64,000 nt of DNA from Felis catus (Eukaryota): NCBI RefSeq assembly GCF_018350175.1, contig NC_058368.1:64048001-64112000 (forward strand). The letters run 5' to 3'. Of the stretch, positions 37,789 through 52,089 are shown piece by piece. Positions within the stretch are counted from its first letter, which is position 1. Each line of letters opens with the position of its first letter. The notes under the pieces are model-generated. The model worked only from the letters and a program-made list of their open reading frames with translations. It searched no databases and was not told the DNA's origin. The translations under genes and the position numbers were made by a program.

Positions 37789-39843
37789 GAAATCTAGCCA
37801 AAGTTGAAAAACCCTGTAACGAAAGTGTGTTTACTTATTTTTATTTTTCTTAAACCATGCAGCCTTATTACAGAAATCAGTTCATCACATAAGGGGATGC
37901 ACCCAGCATGTTCCATTGTCTATAGAAAATAGAAAACAAATATTCATCTCATTACTCTAGGACTTTCTTGGATCCAGGATCTCAAATAATACCATAGATG
38001 TCTCTCCTCTAATTGGCCCAGGTTTCTTAGAAATGAGACAGAAGGAAGAGAAACACATTTAAGTCATGGAAGTCAATTTATTTGGAAATCTGCATGCTGT
38101 CCTTATGGGGCCTTGGGAGCCATCTACTCAGCAGCCTGGGGATGAATCCATTGCAACTTTGACATTTTCCAAGCCAATAGTCCATTCTACCCTGCCTACC
38201 ACCAGGACTCTCAAAATTATGCAAATTCAACCACTAGAAGCAAGAGCATCTTCTCTACTGCTGATAACTTATGTGCTAAGCACAGTAGTAGACAACTGCA
38301 CCACACAGTGTTTCATTAAGCAGATGTGAATGCATTCTGGCTTATCCGTTGCTCATGTATCCACAACAAAACCAACACAATACATCTTATCTTCCCTTAA
38401 CTAAATTACAAATTTTTGGTTATCACTGCTTCTCCATGATTATGACCCTTACCAAACTTGGACAGTTGGGTCAACAATCATGTGACAACCCCATCAACTA
38501 AAGGTGATCCATTGGTTTGGGAGTCCCTCTTTCTCCTAAATTATTTTCATTCAAATATCTTTACTTTGATTAACATAATACATTTTGCTTGATGAGAGTG
38601 AAAAAGTAGTGCAAGTAAATTTTTTCAAAATGTTAAAATATTTTGAAAAATAAAGATCTATCTTTATGTGAAGTTTATTATTAGATTTAGCTCTGTTTCT
38701 ACAGAAGATCAAGTTCAGAAAGGGGCAAACAAGTCAAAATCTATGGCACAACGTTGAAATCCTCACAGGTAAATGCCTTAATATTGATTTTTTGTTTGGG
38801 TTTGAAGATCTGTCATGAAGATCTATTGACTTCTGTGGCTTGTGATGAAGATTACAGATACTTTTTCTAGATTGTATTTCTCCACACAAGGTTTTACAAA
38901 AATATTGCTGGCCTTGTTTTGAAAGATACATTAGGAGACAGAAAGTATATTTTCTAAGACTTGATATACAGAAACAGGTTCAGTTACTGACTTTGTTTTT
39001 AAATTGTATGTAGGTTTATTTAGACTCAACAAGAGAAACAAATGTAAGTGGAAGTTAGAAAGATAAATCTGGGGGCAAGGGTGGGTAGCCGTTACTCGGA
39101 AGACCTAGGGCATTGTGTTATCCAGGCAACCCCAGAGTCTAAGCACCTTCCTCTCTTATACAGTATGAGTGGATGAAGACACATCAGTACTTAGCCATAA
39201 TCCAACTCCATTACATTGGCTATATATCTGACACTTATTTGGGGTTATTTTATGAACTGAGAATCCTTGAGACCACTTTGAAATACAGTGAGAATCTTTG
39301 GAAACATCTGGAGCAAGTTCAGTCTGGATTTCGCAGCAGCCCAGGGCTTAGGATCTATACTAAGTGCCTTCCAGCTAAGGGTTCTAGTGATATGGTGCCA
39401 GTTTACAGAATAGGGGTCATGGCCATTGCCTTCTGGTCAATGTTAAAGGAGTATCGTGTACATAGAAGGTTCAGGGTTGGAAAGAAAATACGTAAGCATT
39501 TCAGTTCTTTTTTTTTTTTAAAGAAAGGCACTTAATCTTTCCAGAGTATATTTTGTCTGTTTATGTAATACTTGCCTCTTAATCCTTCAGTTTGCTATAA
39601 AAAATTGACTATTGTAAACATGTAAAATGTTCAAATAACATTTAAATAATTTAATATTGCTATGCAGTGCATTGACCAAAAAATGAAAGATGCTTAAAAA
39701 TTACACAAAGTACCTTTGCAATGCAAGTTTCCAGTGTTCCGATCAATGATTAAAAAGAATATTACTCTACTCAGTTTTCAATTTGTTATAAATATATAAA
39801 TACACAAAAATGTAGTGCCTGTAGTAATTGAACTCTGAATTTT

Positions 39844-40030
39844 ATGTAAATGTTTACTTATTTATTTCAAGAGAGAGAAAGAGAGCGAGCAGGGAGGGGC
39901 ATAGAGAGAAACCCAACCAGGCTCCACGCTCACTGTGGAGCCTGACAGGGAGCTTGATCTCACAACCATGAGATCGTAACCTGAGCCAAAATCAAGAGTT
40001 GGACGCTTAACTGAGCCACACAGGTGCCCC
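39844..40030 (-). mobile_element. CAN-SINE (shorter/older subfamily)
   Basis: Perfect 15-bp TSD tgaactctgaatttt at 39829-39843 and 40031-40045. Confidence 0.95.
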
Positions 40031-40269
40031 TGAACTCTGAATTTTTTAAATGACTGTCACCATTAGATGCTACATTTTAGGAATTAAGTAAAAGTGTAAC
40101 TAGGTTACGTTTTAAAAAGACATTAACTGTAATCTAGTTACATTTTTACTTAGGTTAGAAAAACCCCTTATTTTTGTCCTTGCCCTTCTGGTAATGTTTA
40201 CCAATAAATATCTCCATGATTATTCTTGATGGAAACTTAGAAAGTTGCTTCAAACAATAAAAATGTAAA

Positions 40270-40760
40270 AATAGTATCTTAGTGGAGAAACCTGGTAGGC
40301 ACCACTTTAATTAAGTGATCAAGGTTAGTATCATTAGTGTAAGTCATGTTGATACCCTGTACCTTTTGATATGATGCAATGATATTGTTATTATGTGTTA
40401 TTCTTACCCTGAACCCATAATTCTAGTCTAATCATGAAATCAATTACACAAACTCAAATTGCAGAAAATTCTACAAAATCTGGATCATTTCCATTACTCA
40501 CCAAAACTATCAAAATCGTAAAACAAAAAAAGATATAAGGACTAAACGCAATGCATTATCCTGGGTTTGCATTAAATCCTAGATAAATAAAGGACTGTAG
40601 TGGAAAAATGGTGAAATTTGAGTGAAGTCTGTAGGTTGGTCAATAGTATGACACTAATATTAAATTCTCAGTTTGGTCAAATATACTGCAGTTATATATA
40701 AAATGTTAATATTGACATATGGGATGTATGGGATCTTGTACATCTTTGCAATTTTTAAAT
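40270..40760 (+). mobile_element. L1MC/L1MD-type 3' UTR fragment
   Basis: agtggagaaacctgg...aagtgatcaaggtta, cccataattctagtctaatcatga, ggtgaaatttgagtgaagtctg, atctttgcaattttt. Confidence 0.8.
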
Positions 40761-40761
40761 T

Positions 40762-40850
40762 AAGTTTTTTATTTTAATTCCAAATACAGTTAACGTACAG
40801 TGTTATGTTTCAGGTGTACAATACAGTGACTTACTAATTCTGTATATCAT
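40762..40850 (-). mobile_element. Short carnivore L1 3' tip
   Basis: ttttaattcca...agttaacgtacagtgttat gtttcaggtgtacaatacagtga. Confidence 0.7.
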
Positions 40851-41310
40851 TATTATTCCAATACAAAAAAAAAAAAAAGAAATTCTATTAAGGAATGCTT
40901 CTATCTCATAGAGAAGAAATTTGCCCATGTTCATCTTTTATGCAGACTACCTTGCGATTTTATCTACATACATCTGGCTATGATTCTAACAGTGAATTAA
41001 GAAACCACAGTGTTTATGGACTAGAGACTACTTGAGAAGTAACTTATTTTAACTCTCTACATACAAAGAAGCCAAGACTCAGAAAAGATGTTTCACTTAC
41101 TCTGAGTGTATTGGTCAGTTCACGAGATGGTCAAAGCCAGAGGTCAGACCTCTGGGTTGAATTCTCTTTCTGTCATATATAATACCAATGAGTGAATCTG
41201 TGTGCCAGAGACCACTGCATAACTTGCCAATATTAATTATTTTCATTCCCTAAACAAACCTTTGAGTTAGCTATTTTTCATTGTTCCTGGCATAGGGTCA
41301 TTCATATTCA

Positions 41311-41534
41311 TTTTTTTAATTAATTTTTTTAATGTTGATTTATTTTTGAGAGAGACAGAGACAGAACGTGAGTGGGTTAGGGGCAGAGAGAGAGGGAGAC
41401 ACAGAATCTGAAGCAGGTTCCAGGCTTTGAGCAGTCAGCACAGAGCCCAACGTGGGGCTCGGGCTCGTGAGCTGTGAGATCATGACCTGAGCTGAAGTTG
41501 GATGCTCAACTGACTGAGCCACCCAGGTGACCCC
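41311..41534 (-). mobile_element. CAN-SINE, full length
   Basis: Complete head to tail; TSD is degenerate. Confidence 0.95.
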
Positions 41535-41829
41535 ATGTTTGTTATTTTTAACATGAGTTTAGGCAAGCAAATGACCTTATTGGATTTCCACTTAAAATTT
41601 TTTTCTCTGAGATTTTAAAGGGCCCATTGGTTTGAGGGGGAAGTGAGATTAGAGACAGAGGCTCTTTCAAAGACTCCAGCCGAAGAAACCCATGGTGTGT
41701 GAGGGCATTAAGCAGGGCTTTGTCACTGGAGCTGAAAAGGGGGTTGATGGAGATATAGATGACAGAAATTAGTGATTTATGGGACACATAAGGTAAGGAA
41801 GCCAGAAATGCTCCACCTATGAAATCAGA

Positions 41830-42700
41830 AATTCTCAACCTCTCTTTTCTCATTATAGCCTTTCACCCTACTTGTTCTGCTACATCTGATTTTTGGTCCT
41901 ATTTATACCTCCCATTGCTGAATGCTCATACGGCCTCATATTGTTTCTTTATCCATTCAGTCTAGATGCCATTGTCTGTCACTCATCAATTGTTGGCAAC
42001 ATTTTCAGTTCCACTATCCTGTTGGTTCCCACCTGACAAACCCTTCTGGATTAATACAACCATCTAAACCTGGGATGCTGAGAAGTCCTGGAGATAATCA
42101 TGAAGCGATGCAAATTGGAGCTGATATAAATGTTTGCATCCCATGTCTTTTTCTCTCTTCTTCGCGTAAGAACACTAAATGGGCCCCTCTTCTCTGGGGC
42201 CAATTCATCCATCTCCACATGGACTCACCTTATGCATTAACTGTTACTTGCCGTCAACATTTTTTTATACTGGACTTTTGTTTTATTTTTTCTTTTTGGA
42301 CGCGTTACAGTCTCTCATGCCCTAATGCAGTCTTCCCTCAGCTCTTCATTTCCCTTCAGTTGCAAGCCTGCCTCCGTCTTCTCCCTCCAGCCAAGCTGTT
42401 GAATCACCTTGGTTATGATATTTTCTTTCAAGATTACGTCCTAGGTCCTCTCTCTTCTCAGTCTATTTGGCATTTCTGGATAACATTCTCCTCCCTGTGG
42501 CCTCCCAGATGGATTGAGAACTTTACATGTCTACACTGGTGCCTCAGAAGGATGAGTGTAGCCACTATAGAATTCTCACATTCCCTTCAATGTCAGTGTG
42601 TGGGGAGGGTTTATGTTTATCCAGGTTTCTGTCTAGTGTCCAGTGCCTGGCTCAGAGTGGGAACTTGATATATGTTTCCTGAATCACTTGACTAAAGAAA
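41830..42700 (+). mobile_element. L2 LINE remnants (ORF2 pieces and 3' end)
   Basis: gtcctaggtcctctctcttctcagtcta resembles the L2 RT 'VLGPLLF' region. tctagtgtccagtgcctggctcagagtgggaacttgatatatgtttcctgaat resembles the L2 tail. Confidence 0.6.
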
Positions 42701-43745
42701 ATAAATAAATTTCAGTGCTAAAGCCCAAGAGTCGTATTCATTTGCAATTTGATTGACAACAGACGTGATTTGCATGCATATATTCTAGAACATCTACTTG
42801 GTAAAGCAAGGCAAAGTTATATTCTTAATCTCATTTGGGTGTGTTTTCAACTTCCTCTTTCCTATGAAGATTGATTTCATTATGCACCTGACTTTTCAAA
42901 ACACCCTTCTACTCAGAATACTGTCACTATTCTAAAATTTGGTCTCTACCTTTAATTTCAAAACAGACTTAATTCTTATATATCTTTACTTGCTCCCTCT
43001 CTTGCCATAGTCATTTTATCATTTAACTTGGTGCAAACAGTCCATCAGGTTTCTAACAAGAGAACAATGACACAAAAAAATGGAAATCTATACCAAGAAC
43101 GGGTCCTATATCAACCCTTTCTGATTAATTCTCCCTTTCTTCTCAACATCTAACTCATCCTGACTGAATCAATCAAAAAGCTATTACTTTCATACTTGGA
43201 AGTGTTGCTTTCAAAATCAATAAAAACACAGTTCATTTTTAATATGCAATATATTACAAAAGTGAAAATTCCCATTTACTTGAGGTGGAAATTTATGAAA
43301 AAAATGTATGGTTGTTGGAAATCTTGTTGGCTGTATGTATATGTGTATATATTTTTCTTCATCACAGGCTGTGTATTTCATTTCACTTAAGATTTTCATC
43401 ACTATTAACTTTTTGTATGTATATATGTGTGTACATGACATGATTTAAAAGAAACTGTGGTTTGCTTTATGGTGAATTGTTGCTCACAACTATGCATCTG
43501 AATCATAGGCACAGAATGAATCAGCATCTTCTTTAAAGCTGTGGCCACAATAGATAATTCTATATTTAAAACTTGCATGACCCATCCACAGAAACCTCTG
43601 CCAGAAAGTGTGTGAAATTCTTCATGGGGACATTGAAAACAGCTGCATAATTGATAATCATATCATTCACTAATAAGGAACAAGAATCTCTGGCTTCTAT
43701 TTGAGAACAATTGGATTGTCCATCTGTATTTAGGAATATTTATTT

Positions 43746-43826
43746 CCTTTTTTTTAAGTATCTATTTTGAGAGAGACTGAGAGCATGAGCAGGGGAGGGA
43801 GGGAGGGAGGGAGAGAGAGAGGGGGA

Positions 43827-43872
<46 letters not shown>

Positions 43873-43989
43873 CCCAACAAACAGGCTCCACACTGTCAAT
43901 GCAGAGCCCAATGTGGGCCTTGATCCCACTAACCATGAGCTTGCAATCAAGAGTAGGATGCTTAACAGACTGAGCCACCCAAGCACCCC
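43746..43989 (-). mobile_element. CAN-SINE with expanded internal (GGGA)n(GA)n
   Basis: TSD taggaatatttattt (43731-43745) / taggaatatctattt (43990-44004); purine tract 43791-43870. Confidence 0.93.
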
Positions 43990-45455
43990 TAGGAATATCT
44001 ATTTTCTGATATGCATCACTAACCATTCATCTGTACTTCATTAGTAATTATGTATGTTTATAATAAAGACCATGACTGAAGTCAATTTACATGTAAGATT
44101 CTTTTATCCTTTGTTATTTATTTCACTTGTGAATGTGTAATCTGGCATGAGATTATACAATCATTTTTATAACAGATTACTTGCTTAACAGAAAACCTTA
44201 ACATCAGATAATGTCAGTATCATGAGCATTATATTATGTGATATAATTTATTAATTTGATATGTAGTATATTTATTATTATATTACTGTAACTTTTTTTT
44301 TTACTGGCTATCCATGAACTTTCTGTATTCTTTCTGTGAATATGATCACATAGTCATGGGAGAAAACTTTTTAGATCATAAGAAGTTGACAGTTTTCAAT
44401 GTAGTATGTGTGCTCAGTATAAGATAGAATTGGATTTGGTATAAGGGTGATGGATGAAGTTTTACTGAGTGATGGATAAGTGCTCATTCTGTTAATGGCA
44501 TTCCATCTATCAGCTACTTTTAATATGGTTGATCACAAGATGTTGCTGACTCAATTTTTGTGGATTAACTGAGGTGAAAGTGATACCTGTTTGAAGTTTC
44601 ACTAACACAAAATTTCTCCTCTTGGGAGTAGGATGGATTATATTATCTGTCGAGATGCTTGTCCATGTGAGTTCTTTACTGTCAACTTTCTTGTTCTCTC
44701 AACCATATCTCTTCTGTATTAGCTGAAATAGAGCTTTATGTTGTGAAATGATTTTTCCCATGTCATGGAAAATTTATGTCTCCAAATCTGCATTCTTCCC
44801 ACAAGTTACAAGTGGGAAATAACTTAAAAAAAAAAAAAAAAGGTGTTTTTCTGGCTCTCTATGTAGAGTAAGCTCCCTATAGCCCGTCCTTCACATTGAT
44901 TTCAACTACAACACACAACTAACTGAGGTCTCTGAAAAGTAAACAAAAGTGGGAGAATTATGAAATGTAGTCAGAAATTGGAGAGGCAGCCTTTACTGGT
45001 GTTTCTTGTTGTTTTTTTCTCAATCAAAAGACAGAACAGAACAAAACAACAAAGAAACACTCAAGGAAAATGTTATGAGGGAAAGAGCAAAATAACAAGA
45101 AACAGATTAGAATTAGCAGGAAAAGAATAAACAAACAATTAAATTTAAATAACCAAATTTTAAAAAGGAATAAAAACACAAGCAAGGAACAGAGTATAAA
45201 CAGACTATAAAAATAGTCTGATAATTCATTTATTTGCATTTGCTGTGTTTATATCTATTGACTCTTCCTCAAAATTTTTTGATCTCTTTTTTGGCATATT
45301 TTTTGGCATACTATTAAATTGAGTATTGCTTTATAATATTATTAGAAAGTATTTTTAAAAATAAATGATCATTTATTTTTGTTGATAGTGCAGATACATT
45401 TTTCTAGTCATTACTTTTACAATTTTACTGTTATCTAAAATTTCCACCATTTCTT

Positions 45456-45669
45456 TTTTTAGAATTTATTTGTTTAATTATTTTGAGAGGGAGAGAGAGC
45501 AAGCATGAGTGAGAGAGGGGCAGAGGGAGAGCGAGAGAAAGAATCCTAAGCAGGCTCTGCTCTGTCACCGCAGAATCTGACACAGGGCTGGAACTCATGA
45601 ACCCTGAGATCGTGACCTGAGATGAAATCAAGAGTTGGACGCTTAGCAGACTGGGCCAGCCAGGCATCC
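45456..45669 (-). mobile_element. CAN-SINE (older subfamily)
   Basis: Complete element; diverged TSD ttccaccatttcttt / ttccccattcttt. Confidence 0.93.
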
Positions 45670-46068
45670 TTCCCCATTCTTTAGACAATATCTAATGGCT
45701 TCTCACCATGAGTGGCAAAAAAATTAGGCTAGGTACTATTTCTTAGTTTCTCTATGACTCTTGCTGTGTTCAGTTTTTGTAATTGGACATTTATTAATAC
45801 TTTCTTTTGTACAGTTTAATATGTTTATACCATTAGGGGTGAATCGTGTGCTTTAAAAATACTCTATTACTCTCAGCTATAATATATGAGACAACCAGGG
45901 AGCTCATTTCACTTTCTACATTCTTGTGTGAGTATGTGCTCTCTCTCTTTCTCTTTCCTTCCCTCCCTCCCCCTTTCTCTCTCTCTCCTTAATGCTTAAA
46001 GTTGGGTCATTTGTACATTGTCAGAACTGTCAATAAGTGGTTTTATGTTTTCCACACCGTCCCCCCCC

Positions 46069-46285
46069 TTTTTTAACGTTTATTCATTTTTGAGAGACAG
46101 AGACAGAGAGAGACAGAGCATGAGTGGGGAAGGGGCAGAGAGAGAGGGAGACACAGAATCTGAAGCAGGGTCCAGGCTCTGAGCCGTCAGCACAGAGCCC
46201 AACGTGGGACTCGAACTCATGAACTGTGAGATCATGACCTGAGCCGAAGTCAGACGCTCAACTGACTGAGCCACCCAGGAGCCCC
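46069..46285 (-). mobile_element. CAN-SINE, full length
   Basis: Complete head to tail. Confidence 0.95.
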
Positions 46286-46410
46286 TCCATTTCCCCCTTA
46301 AATCTACAGATGAATGCATTCCACACTCACTTCTATTCTTCATGACAGTATTTCTCCTAATCAGCATTAAGTTGGCTGAGTGTCTTCTCCAGAAGATTCC
46401 TCAAGAAGAT

Positions 46411-46958
46411 TGTTGGGGAGTGGAAATTTTTAATTTATCCTTCAGCATTCTTCTGGCTTGTCTAAAAATTAACTTGACACGAGACAGATTAACAGGAGAA
46501 AATCACATTTAATTAGATATGTATGGGGAATCTGCATAAACCTAAGAGATTTCCAAGACAGGCAAAATGAGGTATATATATCATCCTCAACTAAGGAGCA
46601 GGGGATAGAGGTCTGCATCTTTAAAGGGAAGAAAGGCAGTTCACAAGAAGAATGGAAGGAGTAAATGCTTGGCAAACAAGTATTTGCTGGGCAATGCAGA
46701 AATGTTGGGGCATAGAGAGGACTTTGATCGAATAGGGCTTGCTAATAAATTCCTTCCTGTCAACCACACCTAATTCACTGTAGTCATGTATGGTGATCAT
46801 TCCCTCTCCAGAAAAGGTCCTGTATCTAAATGCTTTTTGGCAATTAGCAGAGAGAACAAAAAGAAAAACTGGAGTCTTATGTGTCTTAAAAAGAATCAGA
46901 TGGAAATAATCTACATGCAAAGAGATACATTTGGGGTGCCATATTTTATTCCTCTATA
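46411..46958 (-). mobile_element. ERV1-class solo LTR, MER34-like
   Basis: Minus strand begins tatagaggaataaaatatggcaccccaaatgtatctctttgcatgtagattattt, a MER34-type start, and ends ...ccccaaca. 3/4-matching TSD agat/aggt. Confidence 0.8.
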
Positions 46959-49900
46959 AGGTCTTACTATAAACAATATACCCTGAATTTATGGGTGATC
47001 ATAACTGTAAGCTTTATTTGTTGGTGGATATCTTGGGAGGATGAAGAAAAAGCCATTAACTTTCTTCTCTTATTAATTTGGAGATAGTTCCTCCCATATT
47101 CTGGTATCATCTTTTGCTGTGGAAAATTCTAATATTCCACTGATTTTCTTTTCTTATAAGTGTCTTGATCTTTGTATTGAACCTCCCAAACAATGCTTTC
47201 TTAATCATGAAAGTCCAATTATCATACAAGGATTTATCTTGGAGTTGAATATTCTCATAAAATGTGTAATATATAATATTTAACATAATATTTTAATATA
47301 TTTAACATTTAATATAATATGAGATATATTAAATATAATGTATTTAATACCATACATAATATTTATTATATACTTTGGCCCAACATACATGTTTTTTTTC
47401 CTAATTCTAATTTCCATATTTCTGCTTCTTCAGAGGGATAAAGAAGATTCATTTTGTTTTCTTCTTTCGCTATTTATTTATGACTTTTACTCTCTTTGGG
47501 GTTCAATCTTTCTTGTTTTCTTTGTAATTTAGTTTTTTCTAAAATGATTTCATCTTTAATCCCATTTCTTCCATGAGTCCTCCTAATTTCAGTTTCACTC
47601 ACTGGCTATCTCTTCCCCAAGGTCTTGTATTTTACTTCATAGTCTCCTTGTATGTTTTACACTGTTAAAATTTATGTTGGCACATATGACTGTTCATTAG
47701 AGTTTTTCATCTGTCTTATAGCAACATGTTTCTGATGATTAAGGGAGTTGACATGTTCCTTTCTTGGTTCTCAGAGTATTTTTCATGGATGCTAAGCAAA
47801 TTCCTTTATTGTTCCTTATATAGGAATGTTGAATTTCCTTGACTAGCTAATAGCAAAAGTTTCTTGTAGAAAGGGGGAAACAAGTTACAGAATTTGTGCA
47901 AGCATTGTAGCTCAAGGGTTCTCTCATTGTTAGCTACAATGATAAACTATTGCCTCATGTTTGGGGTTATGACAGAGCCACTGCTGTTCTAATTCCTGGA
48001 ACTCAAACTGGTTTGGAACAGTTTCTATTTCCAGCTTTATTCTCTTCTATTACCTGCTTCCCTGCCACAGGCGATACAGACTTTGTTCCTCACCCCCCCC
48101 CCCCGCCCCGCCGCCCCAAGAATGACTCACTCCATGTTAGAAGTTATATTTTTATTTGTTTTCTGAGATTTACCATTGAGCGTTTTGTTCGTTATTCTGT
48201 CTCCACTTCCCGGAGGACTCCTATCCTGTTAGCTCTTAACTCCGCTCAGCATTTTTGACACTGATTGGGACCTTCTCCTCTGGGTTCACAGATTTGCTTG
48301 TGGATTTCTAGTGATCTACCACTGCTAGATCCCTCATCCTCTCAATTATTTCTTCTACCAAAGCCTGACTTCCCTAGGGTGCTTCTTACTCAGTTCAGAA
48401 CTGTTTGTGACAGCATGCTATGTGATTTGTTGGAGTTAGGGGTCTTTCTTTGTCTCATGCTCTTGCTGAAAATACTGTGTATAGTTTATATTTTTGTTTT
48501 TTCCCTTCTTGTTTCTAAGAGAAGTAAGATGATTTAGAACTAAGGTGCTACTGTGGAAATGTACAAATCTTTTGCACGTTTAGATGATAGAAATATTTAA
48601 ATTTACTCCATATGCTTGCAACGCTACCTCTTTTCAGAAAATATAGCTTCTTTTCAGTTTTATTCCTTAACATGATTGTATATGAAATGCAATTTCAAAA
48701 AATAATAAATTAAAAATAATCTACATTCTTTGCAAGGAAGTACTGAAGCCCGACATCATCAGAAGATTTCTGGGGAATGTTTCATCATTTCTGAGTACTC
48801 CCCTGTATTATATAGTTGACTCAATTACCTGCATACATGCAAAATTATCCCTAACCCCTCAGATATCACATGTTTACATGGGAGGCTCGGTAAATCTAGT
48901 GAATGGACAGCAGATGTCACTGTTGAATGAAATGAGCCATTGATTCTACGAATCCCATCCTTTCTGTTCTGAAAGTATCTTTCCAGGGTCCAAATCCTGG
49001 GGTTTACTGATAAAGAAGAAAAATAAAATTAAACTCAGAACCCTGAGTCAGTTTCATAACTTGGCTTGGCACCTTAGGGCATGTGATGTGAGCCAGCTTT
49101 GCAATTAACTGAACTTCTTCATTTAAAATTAAAGCACACTTTTTCAGAGTTTACTCTTGCATGGTGGAAAATGATCTGTGATATTAGAATTCTGAATTCT
49201 TGTGTCTTACTTTGTGCACTTCTTCCCCCGCCCCTTTTTTTCCAACATGTACCTGCAGGTTTAACTGCAGTATTCCATCTGTTCACATAGTGGTTTTCAA
49301 ACTGATGTGACATTGGGAATCATGGCACACGGAAGAGCCATTTAGTATTAAAATGCAGAATTGAGCAAAGGCAGAGTATTTTATTCTAGTCTATCCATCC
49401 CTTAAAATTCTCCTCCTCCTATGTTGTACTCTATAATCTTGCATATTGCAAGTGCCTATATTTCAATCCTTATTCATACTGAAGATTCAAATCTGGATAT
49501 TTTCAGTTTCCAGATAGAGTATTTATTCTTTGTAAGATAAAAGAAAATCACAACATTGCCTGGATGTTTCTAAGGTATTTTGTCTCGTTGCTATGTCCAC
49601 CTGCTGATCTTTGAGTAATTTCTTACTTTTTGGAACAGAAATTCATATGGACTACACCTTATGTCCAGCTAGTATACTGTCGCTAATTAATTAAGTTGGG
49701 TTTCCCCATTCAACTATTTTAATTTTGTTTTGCCATCCCTTCATAGAAGAAACAACAATGGAAGCATGACATTGTCATCTTTTCTTGTCACTTCTTGAGT
49801 GGTACGCTTACATAATTCTCGCTGCCTAATGTGCCTATATAGTGAGTGGTTGAGAGAGTGATCAAGAAAAAGTGATTATGCAAGACACAAGTCTGTCATC

Positions 49901-51621
49901 GGGGACTGCTGCAGTTAAAATTATTGAATGGATTTCTATCACTATTTATTTTGACCCCAATTCTGTGTTTACATTTTGCTCATTGGGAATGGGTTAGGGA
50001 GGAGTAGAATCTTCTTTCTCCCCCCATAGCACTGAGCACGATGCTTGGCCAAGAGTAGAAACTCAACAGTTATGGAACTAATGAAAGAATGATTGGGGTG
50101 ATATTAAATACTTGAATTGCTTGTTCCTGACCTTACTACTTTGAGGCTCATAATATGAAAGAAACAAAAGGAAAATTTGAAAAAGAAAGTGATATTGATT
50201 AATTGAGATATTAAGGTACAGATTTACTCATTCATTGAATGAATTTTCGTTGCACATCTACTGTTTGTTAAGCACTGTTCAGGGTTGAGGATACATCAAT
50301 GATTCCCTCTCTTGTGGAGCTCACAATCTGATTTGGGAAATAATCTGGTGACTATGTTTATGGTTTTGGTCTTTTTTGAAAATATAAAAAGCAATCAACT
50401 AAAGTCGTTCTCCAAAATAGATCACGTTTTTAGTATTAAAAATACTCCAGAAATTCATAAAATTTATTTTAGGGGACAAAAATCCATATAATTTGGTAAT
50501 ATTACCATTACTCACTTTATAATTTCTCTCTGGTGGTTAGGTGTGGGCAGACGTGATGTAATAGGTATTCCATGTGGATCCGTACTGCAACAAACTGGGT
50601 TATAAATGGAGATCTAACATATTTCACTACCAGCAAACTGAACTGCGGCACAGTCAAAGTGCATTATCTATGCTATGGCACAAATGTAGTTTTAGTATGC
50701 CTTGTTAGTATACATGTCGACTAGGTTTTGTTTTTTCCTCTTTATACAGTTATTACTATCCAGGAGAGACATATGGTATGTCAATAGTACAGCTTATTAA
50801 GGTGTTTGAGGAGGAAATATTAAGAATGTTCACCAGATGGTGTTTAGCTCCATAAGAGCACAAATTATTATCAGGTAGTTGCTACTGTCCCCTCTCCTTG
50901 ATATCCATATATAACTTATAGTCCTTGTAGAAGCAACATTTAAAAAATACCAATGTATTATATTTGAAGAGTTCTTTGGATATTACTGTACATTTGTTTG
51001 GTGTTAACTGACTACTCCTATTATCTCTAACATAAAACAACCCATTTAAAGTATAAAGAAAAGGCATCTATCTCCATGTGTCTCTAGAATTCTAATTAAG
51101 GAAAAAAAAATCTGATGACACCTTCCAGTTTAACCTTGGGCTCCCATTCACATGTGTGCATTCAAAAATGAATGTTACAAATACTTTATTATTATTATAA
51201 AAATGGTTAATTCATAGCTTTATAAAAATCAACGATAAAGGAAGAAAAAGGAAAGCAAAAAATCTAAAAAAATCTACTTCAAAAAGTTACGTATAGGAAC
51301 GCTCAGTAAATGAGTTGTAAAAGAAAAAAAAAATAGGGCTATGCTGTACAGTTTAAGAGGCAGCTTCGTATAAAGCAAACAACCTGAAATTATACTGAGA
51401 CTAGTAGCCTGCCATAGTGTGTGGTAGGAGAAATTAATGTGGATAAAATCAATAATACCTCCATTATGTGATGGTGGACAAAGAATAATAGAAAACAAAA
51501 AAATGTTTAACACAACCACTTAAGCTATTAAGTTACATTTGTGAAAACAGAAAAGCCAGAAAAACCTTATAGCTAACTGCAGGTAGAAAAGTAACAAATC
51601 AGAGGTCAACCTAATGATATT

Positions 51622-51860
51622 CTTTTTTTTTTAATTAATTAATTAATTAATTTTTTAAAAAGTTTTTTATTTTTGTTTTGAGAGAGACAGAGACAGTGAA
51701 AGTCGGGGAAGAGTGTAGAGAAGGAGAGAGAATCCCAAACAGTCTCTGCACTGCCAGCACAGAGCCCAATGAGGGGCTCAAACCCACAAAACCAGGAGAT
51801 CATGACCTGGGATGAAACTAAGAGTCTGATGCTTAAACAACTGAGCCACGCAGTCGACCC
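51622..51860 (-). mobile_element. CAN-SINE, downstream unit of a tandem dimer
   Basis: Full unit with a long T/TTAA tail, directly abutting a second SINE. Confidence 0.92.
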
Positions 51861-52089
51861 TATTTTATTTATTTTGAGAAAAAAAGAGAGCACACACACG
51901 ATCAGTGGAGGGACAGAGAGAGAGGGAAGGAGAGAAGTGGGGGAGGAGCAGAGAGGAGAGCGAATCCCAAGCAGGCTCCCTGCGCTGCCAGCCCAGAGCC
52001 CAATGGGGCTCAGTCTCATGAACCCTGAGATCATGACCTGAGCTGAAATCAAGTCAGGTGCTCAACCGACTGAGCCACCGAGGAGCCCC
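51861..52089 (-). mobile_element. CAN-SINE, upstream unit of a tandem dimer
   Basis: Full unit with a short tail. The pair is bounded by a 21-bp TSD agaggtcaacctaatgaYatt (51601-51621, 52090-52110). Confidence 0.92.

Larger units (their letters stand above)
45240..48550 (-). mobile_element. Fragmented HAL1 / old L1 ORF1-type element, interrupted by two SINEs, an LTR and an AT tract
   Basis: Antisense ORF1-like text: ttttgctgtggaaaattctaatattccactgattttc, tgaaagtccaatt...caaggattta, tcttctccagaagattcctcaagaag. Boundaries are uncertain. Confidence 0.5.
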
